Shown: positions 25,640-39,020 of the stretch, piece after piece
Position numbering within the stretch: position 1 is the stretch's first letter
Layout of the letters: each line of letters starts with the position of its first letter
From: Lama guanicoe
Lineage: Eukaryota
Assembly (NCBI GenBank): GCA_013239625.1
Contig: MU054220.1
Coordinates: 124,001-188,000 of the forward strand
Length of the DNA stretch: 64,000 nt
Reading direction: 5' to 3'
Translations under genes and position numbers: made by a program
Notes under the pieces: generated by a model
What the model was told of the DNA's origin: nothing
What the model saw: only the letters and a program-made list of their open reading frames with translations
Database searches by the model: none

Positions 25640-28197
25640 ATAATATGTGTAGATATGGATATGGGTTGATATAGAAGTAGATGAGGGAAGTATTTCTGAA
25701 AAAAATGTTATAACTTGTAGGTCTTGTTTTACAAGTGAGGCAAACTTTTCTATCACCTTTTATATAGTGGCAATCATATACTTATAAAATTAAAATCACA
25801 TAGTATTACATCATACATATGCTAATGATATCATAAAAATTAAAATCAAAATTCCAATTGTGTGTGGAAATATTTAGAAGCCCTTGCTTTAAAAACCATG
25901 TTCATCTGAACGTCCTTATGTCTACAGGTGGGACAGGATAAAACAATTAACATCTTTGGCCAATATCAGACAGAGATGTAAAGATGGGGAAGTTCTAACA
26001 GATCACAGTATGCACTTTTGTCTTTATACAGGAAAATATTCCATGAAATACATATAGGTTGATATAATCTCGGCCATACCTGGACTTTTTGTATATACAA
26101 AAGTGTACTTTGGGCAAATGCTGTAAAGTATCTTAACCTCTTTGTACACATTAGCAAGATCAACTGCTTCTTGCAGGGTTGTTGGGAAGATATGTGAGAA
26201 TTAAACACTTAAATGCATTCATGGCAGTACCTGAAAATATCCCTAAAATGCATAGAATTTTTCTTTTGAGCATTTGTTTTTAATTTCTTAATGGAAACAA
26301 CATGTTTCTGAAAATGGATTATCATTATACATGTACATATATATTTTTTTTGAGTGGCTTAACTTTTGTGTTAGGGGTACGATGAGGAATAGATGGAGAG
26401 CTTTGTTATCCAGTTAACAGTTCCAAGTGCCCCTCAACACGACTCATCTCCATGGCTACAATGGGATCCTTCATGTGCTCTTGCTTTGGATAATTTATCT
26501 TCTATCTCACTTAATATTATTAATATATATTTATCTAACAATTAGCATATTTCCTCCTCCCCAAGTGCACTTTCATGATAACTGACATATACTGAATCAT
26601 TTAAACATGTAAGGTATGTTTTGCTGTGAAGGAACCTAAGTTAGTATGAGGAAATTGAGCAAATTAAAAGAAAGTGGTGTCCCTTGCAACTGGTTTCATA
26701 GAATAAAGTTTCATAAACATATCCTTTGGATAAAGAGATTCTCTACTTTACAGAAAAAAAGAAAGTTCTAAAATCACTATATATTACACAACATCATACT
26801 GGAAAAATAAAATAAAAAGATAAAATACTAAGAATATTATATAATTCCAGAATGTTACTTTGTCTGCCTTCACATTAAAGCCACAAAGATCCTCTGTATA
26901 GCATTTAATGCAGACATATATAAATGTGATAAAGTAAAGATATATGTGAATATTTCAATTAAGCCATCAATTAAAAACAAAAAAGAAACACAAGAGTAAT
27001 ACCAGAGTAGAGTGAGGGTGGCTGGCTAAGGTAAAAGAATAAGTGATTTAAAAAATTGTATTAATACTTACTAAAAGAAATAAAAAATAAATAGAATTGA
27101 TCCTGATTACATGAAAATTAGCAGAGTCAGAAGAAAGAAAATAAAAATATGTTTATAAAATTAAATTATGTATATGTTTATAGGATATCCACACTCATCT
27201 CACAACATACATTGTTTATAAGGTTGCGAGCTTCTAATATCCTACACTGTCCCCAAATACATGCCTTTCTCATGTCAGAAATACTGAACTACAATTAGGA
27301 AAACAATTTTTAAATAATGAAAATTGGAAGTTATATAATCTTGTTTAGATGCACTGATGAAAGCGTATAGGAACAAATTACATTGATAAGTGCTGAGTTT
27401 TCTGTAAGATAAGGGAGGGCTGAAGAGCTTTTCCTTACCAGCAACAGAGTTGTATGGAAGGTATCAAATTAATTTTTCATGGTTTACTATCTGTGTTGAT
27501 TATCTGATTATTATTTTTAAAGCTATATTCTTTGAGAAAATTATATGTGCTTTCTGTCTGATGGCACTGGAAACTGAACATTGTACCATCACTGTAACAC
27601 TGGGTACTCAGAATCTCCTAGCTTCCAAAAATTGCTTTTCACATCTCAGTGCAAGGTGGAAACTCCCTTTGTGCTAAACAAGAGATCAGAAAAATTCACA
27701 TTTATACGTTGATTTCAATATTCATTAAATACTCAATATTTTTGAGAAAGGAGTAAGAAGCGCCTAGAGTCACTAACTGACTAAGGATTTGACGGGACAT
27801 CAAACTAGAAACTGACCACCTGCGCCTTCGTAATTCTGCCATGATTTCAATTTTTTATTCCTGACTCTTTAGTTAGGCTTTCTTGTCCCTCAGTTTTGAC
27901 ATTTCTTCTTCGTGTGACTAAGTCTATATATAAAATTTAAATATTACATAAACAGTATGGCACTGACATTTCAAAGATGCTCATTGGCGTTTGTGAAAAT
28001 ATTTGCACATCAATCTGAAGGAAAAGGGAAGCCGTCCTGTTCTGCTCCGTGCATTATCAACCTCAGGGTGTACATGGAAGTGAATCAGACATCCTCATGT
28101 TTTACTGTGCTTTGTCATAGAATAAGTGCTCTACTGCAAATCACCAAACTGCCTGGATATCAGTAAAATACGGCACCAACATGAAATATACTACCTG

Positions 28198-28342
28198 TTT
28201 ACCTGTAATGAGACGTCTGCCTTGGCTTCCCAGCGTGTTCCAAGACACACATAGTGAGATCACTTTATGGGTCTTTTTCACCCCCTGAGACTCTCCCTCA
28301 GAGGATGCCAAGCACTTTCGTGATTGTCCCTGAAGCACTGAA
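28198..28342 (-). promoter_or_regulatory. Putative promoter/non-coding exon 1 of OR 24281-25222
   Basis: Variant O/E-like TCTCCCTCAGAGGA at 28292-28305; donor CAG|GTAAAC (GT at 28202-28201); TAATGA adjacent. Confidence 0.55.
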
Positions 28343-28464
28343 ATCATAATAGATTACAAGGGAGAGGGTAATTTACTAATAGTACAGAACAATTTGTTTT
28401 TACCAGTAGGTGATTTAGATTCATTCCTACTTTTTACTCTTTATTAACTTTCTATTTTTTCTGC

Positions 28465-28752
28465 TTTGGTAGTTAATTTCTGCATCCCTTTGGCTAGGCT
28501 ATGGCACCCAGTCATTTGGTCAAACATCAGTCTAGACGTCATTGTGAAGATTTGTTTTAAAGCTTTTATTAACATTTAAATCAATAGACTCTTAGTATAG
28601 ACAGTTATCCTCCTGAATAGAGGTGTGCTTCATCTAATTAGCTGAATGTCCTAAAGAGCAAATACTGAGGTCCCCTGATCTCTCTCTATATATTCATATA
28701 TATGTATGAATGTTCTTTTGAATCTGTTTCTCTGAGTACCCTTCCTAATACA
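28465..28752 (+). mobile_element. MLT2D-like LTR (paralog of 10389-10729)
   Basis: GGCTAGGCTATGGCACCCAGTCATTTGGTCAAACATCAGTCTAGA...TCTGTTTCTCTGAG...CTAATACA. Confidence 0.8.
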
Positions 28753-29844
28753 ATCCCACAGGGAAATGGATTTCTATATTTTATCAATACAACAACTTGT
28801 CAGTATTCCTCCCATCTACAATGGTCTCCACAAATGGGTGATAACTGAGACATTTTAAACAATGTCCTATCACATTATTTGAATGATTAAATGAACTCAA
28901 AGTAATAACGCATTATGTATATGAAGTGTGATTTCCTTCAATTATTTTTTCATTATTTTTCTTTCTTTCTTTTTTTTTCTTTTTGACCACAGAGAGATAA
29001 ATTAGTTACTTACACTTCCCATTCTCATCTTATGTTGTATTGTCATCATCTCTTTAGGTCTTCTCTTTCATTACATTTGCCTGTGTTACATTTCAGTATT
29101 TCTTATTCTTCCATTATGTTCAATTTTCACTCCAACTCTTCTTGTCTAACTTGACACATATTCTACTGTGCTTGAGGTATACCCAGCATGATCAATGGGG
29201 TCTGCAAAAATATAATATTTTCCATGAATGTATTTTACTGTATTATTTTGCTGTAAATTGTTTTGTGGCATTTTACGTCACTTTATTTGTCATAAATCCG
29301 TGTGACATTTTTTTTGTTTCTTTCTTCATTATAATCAATAACATAAGATAAATTTCATACACCTCTTCTTTATTGGTAGGTACTTGTTTCCAACCTCAGT
29401 TATCACCAACACTACCACAACAGACAGTTCAATGAAAAGTCTTGAGCTTGCCTGGTGAATACGTTTTAAACAAAATTATCCATGATACGCATTTCACATA
29501 TCTGCATTTGTGTGTTTGCATGTGTTGATATAGATAGATAGATAGAAACATACATACATACACCTATGCCTATACCCACACCTAAGCACACACATGGTAG
29601 TTAAACCTCTTGATAAAATAGAATATAACAAAACACTTAATTTTGCTAAATATTTTGGATTGATTGTACCAGTACAATTTTCCACTAGTAAATGAATGAA
29701 GTTTCCTGGGTCTTCACTTCTATGACTGGTACCTAAATGATGTTCTTTCTTGTTAATTAAATATTATTTTAAGGTGTATGTTTCTATTCTTGACTTCCCC
29801 CTTGTTTTTAGTTTGATTTCCTGGCATGTTTAGTAATTAAGTAA

Positions 29845-30259
29845 AACAACTTTATAGTGGTATCATTGAAGACGATAAACTGTAGATACTAAAGTATAAA
29901 ATTTGAGGAGTTTTGACATATATATGCATCTGAAAAATCATCAAAACTGTCATGATAATGAACATATCCACTATCCCCAAAATTTCTTAGTGTCCTCTTT
30001 AATATTTCAATTCCTTCCTTTTATGTCCCACAATGTTCAAGATAGGCTGTGTTTTTTAATGTTTTATTTTGAAATAGTTATCAAATTTCAAAAGCTTGCA
30101 AAAAAAGAGAACAGAGTATCCCTATGACCTGCTTAGTTTTCTCTACTAGGAACAACTTTGAAGAAACACAGTACAATATCACAACCATGAAATTAACGTT
30201 GGGACAATCCACTTGGCTCAGATTTCACCAATTTTGCATGCACTCATTTGTGTCATTTT

Positions 30260-30293
<34 letters not shown>

Positions 30294-31085
30294 CCATTGC
30301 ATTTTGTCATATGCTTACATTTGTGTAACCCCACAACAATCAGTATATGGACCTATTCCATCACTGCAACAATGGCTTATACCATTCCTTTACAGCCAGG
30401 CCCGCTTTCCTTCTCTCATTATAGTGTCCTTGACCCCTGCCAACCACTAATCTATTTTTCATCACAATGATTTTATTGTTTGAAGTATGTTTTTATAAAG
30501 GAAAAATCATTTGTACACTTTTGCAGTAAGCTATTTTCACTCAACATAATTCTCTTGCGTTCCAATGTATTTGTGTGTGTTATCAATTGTGTTTTATCTA
30601 TTGTTCTTTTATTATTCCATATAGTATTAATGATACAGTTTATTCAATCACACAAACATTGAAAGACACTGGAGTTGTTTCCAATTTTCAACTATTACAA
30701 ATAAAGCTTCTGCAGTTTTGTGCAAAGTGATTGTAGGTACATCCATTTCTATTTCTCTTGGATGAATGTTCCCATCTAAAATTATCTAGTTTCACATTTG
30801 TATTTGTCATGATTTGTCATGAGTTGATTTTTTGTATGAATTTTAAGTCAGCCTTCTAATTTCTTTTCTTTTCGTTTTTTGCATATGGACTCCCAGTTGT
30901 TCCACAAATATTTGGTATTCTTTTCTCATTGAATAAACTCTATACCTCTTGAAGAAAATGGTTGGACTTTTTTGTGAGGATGTATTTCTGGATTATCTAT
31001 TCTGTTCTATTGATATATTCCTGACCCTTCCACAATACCAGCCAGTCTTGATAACTAACTGAAGCTAAGATCATCTTGAATACTC
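29845..31085 (-). mobile_element. Old L1 3' region (paralog of 11010-12360) containing (GT)n at 30262-30291
   Basis: Colinear similarity to the L1 at 11 kb. Confidence 0.7.
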
Positions 31086-31665
31086 TACCTAAAGCCCCTT
31101 GGATTATGAGTTTGCTTATTCTCTGTGTAACAGATTGGCACACTCCCTGCCTCTGAGCTCTGAGCACTGTCTTTAATCTTTCCAGATGATTCTTTCTTTA
31201 ACCTTGAGTGGCTTTCCTTTGCATGTGCTGATCCATCATCTGTTGAACAATTGTGGGGGATTCTCCCCCAAGATCCAGTGTCCTTTGTCTACACAGCTCT
31301 CTTATCTTCAACACTCCTTCTTGCAAAATCGAGCTACCCCTGGCTTCACAGGGCTCCCAACTCTCTTTCTTTATCTCAAAGATTCTTCTAGACTTCACTT
31401 GGGTTTTCCCTTTTGCCACCACAGCCTAAAAGCTCTCTTAAGACAGGAAGAAGTTGGGGCTGTTACAATCAAATGTAATTTAAGAAAACCACACCTCATA
31501 TACACAATTTATGGTTTCTTTTAGTTCATTTAATTATTTAAACAGTACAATAGGACAGTGTTTAGGAGATATCCACTGTCATCCATTTGAGAAAATGATT
31601 ACAGAACTGGACAAATACTGAAGGCTTGTACACATAAAATAAAAATCTCAATTTGCCTATATGGT

Positions 31666-31960
31666 TGTGTTAGTAAGGGTAATAATAGAGACAAATTCAA
31701 AATATGATTATACATACACACACACACACACATACATACACACATATCTGTCTCTCTCTATACAAAGAAATACAGAGAGACTTTAAGGAATTGGCTTATG
31801 TGATGGTTGGGACTGGTAAGGCAGAAATCCGTGAGTCAGGCTGGCACTGCAGGAGATGTTACTGCAGTCTTGAGTACAAAAGTGGGAAACAGAGGTAGAA
31901 GTTCTATATTTGCATCTAGAAGCATAGTTCTTTTGTCTTCAGGGACTTCAGTATTTACTT
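31666..31960 (-). mobile_element. MLT2-type LTR fragment
   Basis: TTTAAGGAATTGGCTTATGTGATGGTTGGGACTGGTAAG...GCAGTCTTGAGT. Confidence 0.7.
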
Positions 31961-32289
31961 CATTTCCCCCTCATCTCCTAGGGAAACTGCCCTCGGTTGC
32001 CTGATGTCAGTGTTTTAAAAACTATTCTTTCTTCTATCTTATCTTTGTTTTTGTTTCATTCTGTTCTTCTTTTAGTGGGAAGCTAAATCCAGTCTCTATT
32101 ACTCCGTATTAGTTGGAAGGAGAAAAAGGTCTTCAGCCTACTTACGGTGAGTTCTGCACCTAGCCTTTCTATTCTTTTACATTATTAATCTTTTGTAAGT
32201 CTCTTATGTTGCACAGAAAATGAGACATATTTTTCTTAAAAATATGTCAATAATAAAATCACTTCTTCCCCTATGACTATTCTCACCCT

Positions 32290-32660
32290 GGCTTAATCCT
32301 TGTTCTCTCCCAAATGTATCATAATAAACACCCTTCAGGACTCTCTATTTCCAAATCTTAGTATCCTGCTGTCTGTCATTTGCACAGCAGTCATAAATGT
32401 CATTTAACCAAAAATCATCTCTTCCAGTTTCTAAGCACATTTCATGCTCTAACCTCCTTTGACTTTGATGTTCTTCAACACAATCATCCTATTGTCACTC
32501 AGGGACCATTGCATGGACAGTTCTCTCTCCTGGAAACAGTTGTCCCCAAGATAGATCCACAGTCCACTCCCTCAACTTCTCAATGTTTATTTAAATATCA
32601 TTCTTACAGAAGCCTCCTTGACAACCATAATTAACATTTAAACCCCATCCTGGCTTATTC
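32290..32660 (+). mobile_element. L2 fragment
   Basis: CTCAGGGACCATTGCATGGACAGTTCTCTCTCCTGGAA...CTCCCTCAACTTC...AGAAGCCTCCTTGAC. Confidence 0.65.
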
Positions 32661-32963
32661 CTCTTTCTATTTTCACATTTGTCAATAAATGTTGGCAATC
32701 ATACTATACAGCAAACAGGCTATATGTGAGAACACGTACGAATGACATGTCATTTGGACTGGAAACTAGACACGGGTAAAGATCTGAAGTATGAGCAGGA
32801 ATTAGTCATCTGTTTGTGATATACTTTGGTTTTGAAAATAACAAATCATTTTCTTTATTTCTATGCTTATCATACATTGATTTTTGTTTATCCCATAGAG
32901 GTAACATTACAGAGCTAAAACAATGCTGGTTATAGTATACATAGATTAATATATAATTTATTG

Positions 32964-33935
32964 TTAGCATATCCTACAGTCAATTTTAAGTAGAATAATT
33001 GCACACATTCTCCAGGTTCTAAGTAAGGCATTTTTCACCTCTTTGTTCCTCAAACTGTAGATCATAGGATTTAGCATGGGTATTACTAAAGCATAAAATA
33101 AAGAGGCCATCTTATCAGCATCAAATGAATCACTGGATTTGGGCGTCACATACATAAAGAACAGAGTACCATAGAATATGACTATCACTGTCAGGTGAGA
33201 CCCACAGGTGGAGAAAGACTTGTGCCTGCCTTCTGCAGAGTTCATCTTGAGGATGGCGACCAGGATCAAAGTATAGGACACAAGGACTATCAGAAGAGAT
33301 GAAACCAAATTAAAAGCTGAAAAGATCAAAATTATCAACTTAATCTCCAGTGTATCTGAGCAGAGCAAAGAGATCAGTGGCTGAGTGTCGCAGTAGAAGT
33401 GCCTAATGACATTATAGCCACAAAACGATGAAGTAAAAATTTTTATGATGGTCAGCAAAGACAAAAAGACACTGTAGAGATAGGGGATTGCCACGAGTGC
33501 CTGACATAATCTTTGGGACATGATGACTGTGTAGAGCAGGGGGTTACAGATGGCTACATAGCGGTCATAGGCCATTGCAGACAGAATGAAAAGTTCACTG
33601 ATGATAAACACACCGAAGACAGTCAGCTGGGCAGCACACCAGCTATAAGAGATTGCATGGTCATCTACAGCCAAGTTGACTAGCAATTTGGGTCCCACAG
33701 CTGTTGAATAACCAAGATCAGTGAAAGCCAGGTATCTAAGGAAAAAGTACATGGGTGTTTGCAGCCTGGAGTCTATCTTGGTGAGGATGATCAAGCCCAG
33801 ATTACCCACCACTGAGACCATGTATACAATGAGGAAGAGTCCAAATAATGGAGCCTGCAGCTCAGGGAGGTCCGTGATTCCTATTAGGATGAATTGATTC
33901 AACACTGTCAGATTGCGTTTGTGCATCCAGACCAT
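32964..33935 (-). CDS. Olfactory receptor, OR8K family, intact (323 aa; second Met at 33926 aligns with paralog starts)
   Basis: NLT sequon, [52 protein letters not shown]. Confidence 0.93.
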   Translation of the reverse strand: MVWMHKRNLTVLNQFILIGITDLPELQAPLFGLFLIVYMVSVVGNLGLIILTKIDSRLQTPMYFFLRYLAFTDLGYSTAVGPKLLVNLAVDDHAISYSWCAAQLTVFGVFIISELFILSAMAYDRYVAICNPLLYTVIMSQRLCQALVAIPYLYSVFLSLLTIIKIFTSSFCGYNVIRHFYCDTQPLISLLCSDTLEIKLIILIFSAFNLVSSLLIVLVSYTLILVAILKMNSAEGRHKSFSTCGSHLTVIVIFYGTLFFMYVTPKSSDSFDADKMASLFYALVIPMLNPMIYSLRNKEVKNALLRTWRMCAIILLKIDCRIC

Positions 33936-34119
33936 TTGGGAAACATATACTGGAAATGAATATAAAAATAATTGTTAACTTTCATGAGATATATCTGAGA
34001 TTATCATTGTAATAAGTGATTTAAGTCTTACATCTTTTATTTATGGCTTGATGATTTAATTGGTGAGCCCAACACATGGCAGCTTATTCTCTCTCTCTCC
34101 GAGCTCAGCTAAGCTGTTG

Positions 34120-35105
34120 ACAGATTTCTTAGATATGACACCAAAAGCACAAACAGCAAAAGTGAACATAGATACACTGGACTTAATCAAAATTAAAACA
34201 AAACGAAACAAAGATTTGTGCAGCAAAGGCGATTCTCAAAGAATTAAAAATGTGATTCACACAATAGAAAAAGGTTGCAAATCATATATTTGATGAGGAT
34301 CTAGTATACAGAGTATAGAAAGGACTTCTATAACTCAACAACAAAAAGACTTAACGACCCAAATTTGAAAACAGGCAAAGACCTTAAATAGAAATTTCTC
34401 ACAGAAGATATACAAATGGACAATAAGCACATGAAAAGATATTCAACACTATTCGTCATTAGGGAAATGCAAATCAAAGCCACAATGAGATATCACATCA
34501 TGCTACCCCTCCCCACCATGGCTATTTAAAAAGAAAAAATTAAAATTGCAAATGCTGACAAGGGTGTGGAGAGATCAGAACATTTATCCATCGTTTTGGG
34601 GGAATGTAAAATGGTGTAGCCACTATGAAAATAATTTGGGAGTCACTCTATAAATTAACCATAGATTTGCCACTGTGACCCAGCAATTCCACTGCTAGAT
34701 ATGTGCCTCAAAGTTCTGAAAACCACAGACGCTCCTACAAAATCATGCACATAAATGTTCATCGCAACATTTTTCATAATAGTCAAATAGTCAAAAAAGT
34801 CAACATTTTTCATAATAGTCAAAAATAGTCAAAGTAGTCAAAAGTCATAATAGTCAATAGAAACCACATAGGTGTCCATCTAGTAATGAATAAGTGTGAT
34901 ATATCCATACAATGGGATATTAATAAACCATAAAAGGGAAGAGATACTGATACACTCTTCAACATCCATGAGCCTTTGAAGCACTGTGCTAAGTGAAGGA
35001 AGCCAAGTATAAAAAGCCACATATTGTACATATAGTACATATCCATCCCATGTAATACCCAGAATAGACAAATCCACAGAGACAGAAAGCAGGTTATTGT
35101 GGCTT
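34120..35105 (+). mobile_element. L1 (L1MB-like) ORF2 end and 3' UTR
   Basis: GATTTCTTAGATATGACACCAAAAGCACA; CATTAGGGAAATGCAAATCAAA; GACCCAGCAATTCCACT. Confidence 0.9.
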
Positions 35106-36313
35106 GTTCAGGAACACTGAATTAATTATCAAGAGACAATATTTGGGGACAAATTTCAGTGGATATAAAATTATATGTATTTTTATGTACAAATCTCAAC
35201 TGGCTGAATAAATGAGTTTACAAAGTGTGTCCTTTTCTAAATCCATGCTAATAAGTACCAGTCTCCTTGTATATGAGAAAAGTTTTGAGATTTTTTTTCT
35301 CACCATCCTTAGAGTTCTGTGTAAAGCGCTAAATGAAAAAAAATTCTACTTATATTATTTTACATGATTAGTGAAGATGATCTGGTTCTGAACTTTTAAA
35401 TCTTTTCTTTTTCTCTCAAGATTCTTGAAACATGTACAAAATACAACAGGCAAGGCTTAGCATTGGACCATCACTATAAAACTACACTGAGGAGAGAGAT
35501 TAGAGAGGTTAAATCATTTCCATCCCTGCCCCGTGCACCAAATACACATTCAACACTAAAATAAGTGACAGTAAATGTATTCTACAATGAGAGATCAAAA
35601 ATATATATCTAAATCGATATATTTAAACACCAAAGTAATTTCTGAGAAGGAATAAAGGGAGTTTTACTAGGAGCTACTAAAAAAAGAATGGTAAAGACAG
35701 TGTAATTTTAGGCAAAATATACATTCCTCTTTTATAATTTTGCAAGGACTGTTTTTTGCTTAAATCTGTGTTTGTATAGATTTTAATCTTAGTTCCAATC
35801 TCCTTTAGATGTGCATTTTAGTCATTCAAGGGACAATATGATGGCATTTCACATACTTGCAGGTGGGAGAGAGGAGCAGTCCTCGTACTCATCAGACATT
35901 ATGGTGTGATGGAGTCACCATGTAGTGAAATAGATGCTTTCATATTTTACTTTGGTCTTCCCTCCAACACAAAAATGGTAACTTTCAAATGACATTTATC
36001 CTTTCAATAATATTGGTAAATTTGGGGAACACATGGCATATTTGAAGCAGAAAAATTTCAATGACTATAGATACATTAATATAAAATCCCTTTAATTTAG
36101 AGGCAGCTGAAAAACACTATGGAAATCTATTATTATTTAATATTAGAAATGCTGAAACAAACCCAGCTAAAACTAAAAATGACAATATCATATTTGACCT
36201 CTTAATTAAGGATCCAAGTGAAAGAAAATAATTATAAAAATCTCAAGGTCTTGTTAGTTTCTTAACAATACTAAGTCCCTTTTCAGAGATATTTCTTTAC
36301 CAAAGAGTACAAA

Positions 36314-36472
36314 CTTACCACATCAAAGTAAATGCCTAGCTTCCATCAAAAATCATAATAAAGATGTTTACAACATGGTACTGGCCCAGAGAAAAATATA
36401 TGGGTTTCTTTGCTCCTTTGAGACTCTCCCAGGGGAGAAAAGATATAATTTGTTAATTACACCTGAAGCATT
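36314..36472 (-). promoter_or_regulatory. Putative promoter/non-coding exon 1 of OR 32964-33935
   Basis: Perfect O/E core TCCCAGGGGA (36427-36436), TAATTA at 36454-36459, donor GTG|GTAAGT (GT at 36318-36317). Confidence 0.65.
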
Positions 36473-36869
36473 TTGTTTTAAACAAGGCCAATGGGATATC
36501 TGGAAATTATACAGACTATCTTTATATTCCTATACAAGCAAAGTTTTGTTAGATAACTTTCCACAGTTTCTCTTAGTTTAAGTCTTTTCTGCTGCAGCTC
36601 AGAGATCTGGAATCAGAACACTGTGTCTGTAAGACAGGTATTTTAGTTTCTCTTGCAGCCTTTCATTTTCTCCTCTTAATGCAATGGATTTGATGACTTT
36701 ACGGCTGATGACATGATGGAGAAACTGTGAACAATTCTTGTATTGTTTCAGAAATTCACAAGGGGAAATAATACATATGCGTAGCTGCTTTCCCCTTATT
36801 TGTGGTGTTTTAAACTTATTACTGAAGTGTAATATACATATTAACAAAAGCATACCTCATAAATAACTT

Positions 36870-37285
36870 TTAAAAATAGAAATACCATATGATCCAGCAA
36901 TTCCACTCCTAGGTATATATCTGAAAAAATGAAAACACTAATTGGAAAAGATCCATGCATTCTGATTTTCATAACAGTATTATGGAATAGCCAAGATGGA
37001 AGCAACTTGCATTTCCATCCACATATGAATGGATAAAAATGGGTATGTGTGTGTATATCTGTGTGTGTGTGTGTGTGTGCGCGCACACACAGTGGAATAA
37101 TACTTAGCCATTAAAAATGAAAATTTTCCATTTGCAACAAGTCCATGGATGGACTTGGGGGCTATTATGCTAAGTGAAATAAGTCAGACAGAGAAAGACA
37201 AATATTTTACGGTATCATTTATATGTAGAATCTAAAAAAAAAACAAACTAGTGAATAAAACAGAAATGAAGCACTCACAGATAAA
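36870..37285 (+). mobile_element. L1 3' fragment
   Basis: TACCATATGATCCAGCAATTCCACTCCTAGGTATATAT; ATGCTAAGTGAAATAAGTCAGACAGAGAAAGACAAATA. Confidence 0.9.
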
Positions 37286-37399
37286 ATACAAAACAAAAAA
37301 CCCCCCAAAAAACAGCTACTCCTACATCCCTTTTATCAACACCAATATTCAGTCTAGATTGGCTTAGTCTTAAAAGTATTTCTGTTTGGGTGCATTACT

Positions 37400-39020
37400 T
37401 ACACTGAAATTGCTGAGTCATGGGGTACTATTCAGAGCAGCAAATACTGCCAAATGTATTTCCAGAGTAGTTATATCAAAGTGCATTCCTACTAGCAGTG
37501 AAAATTGTTATGATCGCTCAGCATCCTTGTCAAGATTTGATATTTTCCATTATTTTGTTTCTAGTCCTTCTGGATGAAGTGTACAGGTGTCACTGTGGTT
37601 TAAATTTGCGTATCCTATGCTGAATGAAATTAAAAACACGTTCACAAGTTTAATGGTCATTTAGATATTTTCTTTTGAGAAGTGCTTGTTCATGTCCTGT
37701 GTCATCTTTTTGTAGTATTTCATGTCAAGTATTTATTGATTTGTGAGAGTTTTTCTTATATTTTACATATGGGCACTCTGTGAGATATACATGTTTGATT
37801 ACGTACATCTAATAAAAATATCCTCTCCAAATGAGAGTTTCCCTTCCCACATTATTAATTTTGATGAATAGAATTTCTTAAAACAGTTCAATTAAATTTT
37901 TTAAAATTTTATATAGTTATTGCTTTGTGTGTTTTGTTTTAAAATTTGTACATATTCCAATATTACAAAGATTTCTCACTATGTTTTCCTCTAAAATGTT
38001 TATTGTTTACCTTTCACATTTAGATCTTTAATCTAGGTAGAACTGACTCTGTATAGGGTTTGGCTAGGTGCTCAGATTCTTTTATTTTTTTCTCAAAATA
38101 AATATTCAAATTACCTAATAGTATTTATTGGAAAGATCATTCCTTCTCTTTTGGAAAATAGTGATGCCTCTGTTTTAAGTCAGGTAACAACAGGTGTGTG
38201 GATCTGTTTCTGGAATCATTTCATTGCTCTGTCTGTCCTCAGGAAAATGTTTCTTTAATTATTAAAGCTTTATAACAGGCCATGGTATCTGGTCATGTAG
38301 CTTCAGCAAATTTATTCTCTTTCTTCAAGATTATCTTTGCTATTTTTGGTGTTTTGCCTTTCTGAATAAATTTTACAATAAGCTTCCGAGGTTCTAAAAG
38401 GAAGAAAAAAGAAGGGAAGGAGGGAAGGAAGGAAGGAAGGAAGGAAAAGAGGGAAAAAAGGAAAGGAAGGTGGGACAAGGGAGGGGGGAAGGATTTATGT
38501 TGGGATTATATTGAACCTATAAATCAATCTAAAGATAATAGACTTTGTTACAATAATAAGTCCTCCATTCCATGGACAAATGTGTTATCAGCTTTCATTG
38601 ATTTATCTGTTTTAAATGCATTGTTAAATTTTCTATACCTACCATTGCTGAGGGCTTAAATATTTTTTGTAAAATTCATTCCTAAATTAGGTATCATCTT
38701 TTATGGTTTTGTCATTATTTTTATTTCCTGAAATTTTATTTTCTAATTTGTAGTTGGTAGGATATATAAAGTTGATTTTTCTAAATTTATTTTGTATCCA
38801 GTAACTTTGCTAAATTCACTTACCATTTTAAATAAATTATGCATTAATTTTTCACTATATAGTTAATCATAACATATACCAAATTTAGAAAAACTGGCAG
38901 TATGTGATTTTCTGTTTTCATATCTCATTTTTTTCCTTTATCATTGTAAACCAACTACTATGTTCAATACATACTAAATATTAATGGTGAGACTCAGTAT
39001 CCTGATCCTGGGACCAATTT
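37400..39020 (-). mobile_element. Old L1 (L1ME-like) fragments with a GGAA-rich tract at about 38400-38490
   Basis: Antisense L1 motifs such as TTTTGAGAAGTGCTTGTTCATGTC and TTTTGTATCCAGTAACTTTGCTAAATTC. Confidence 0.65.
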
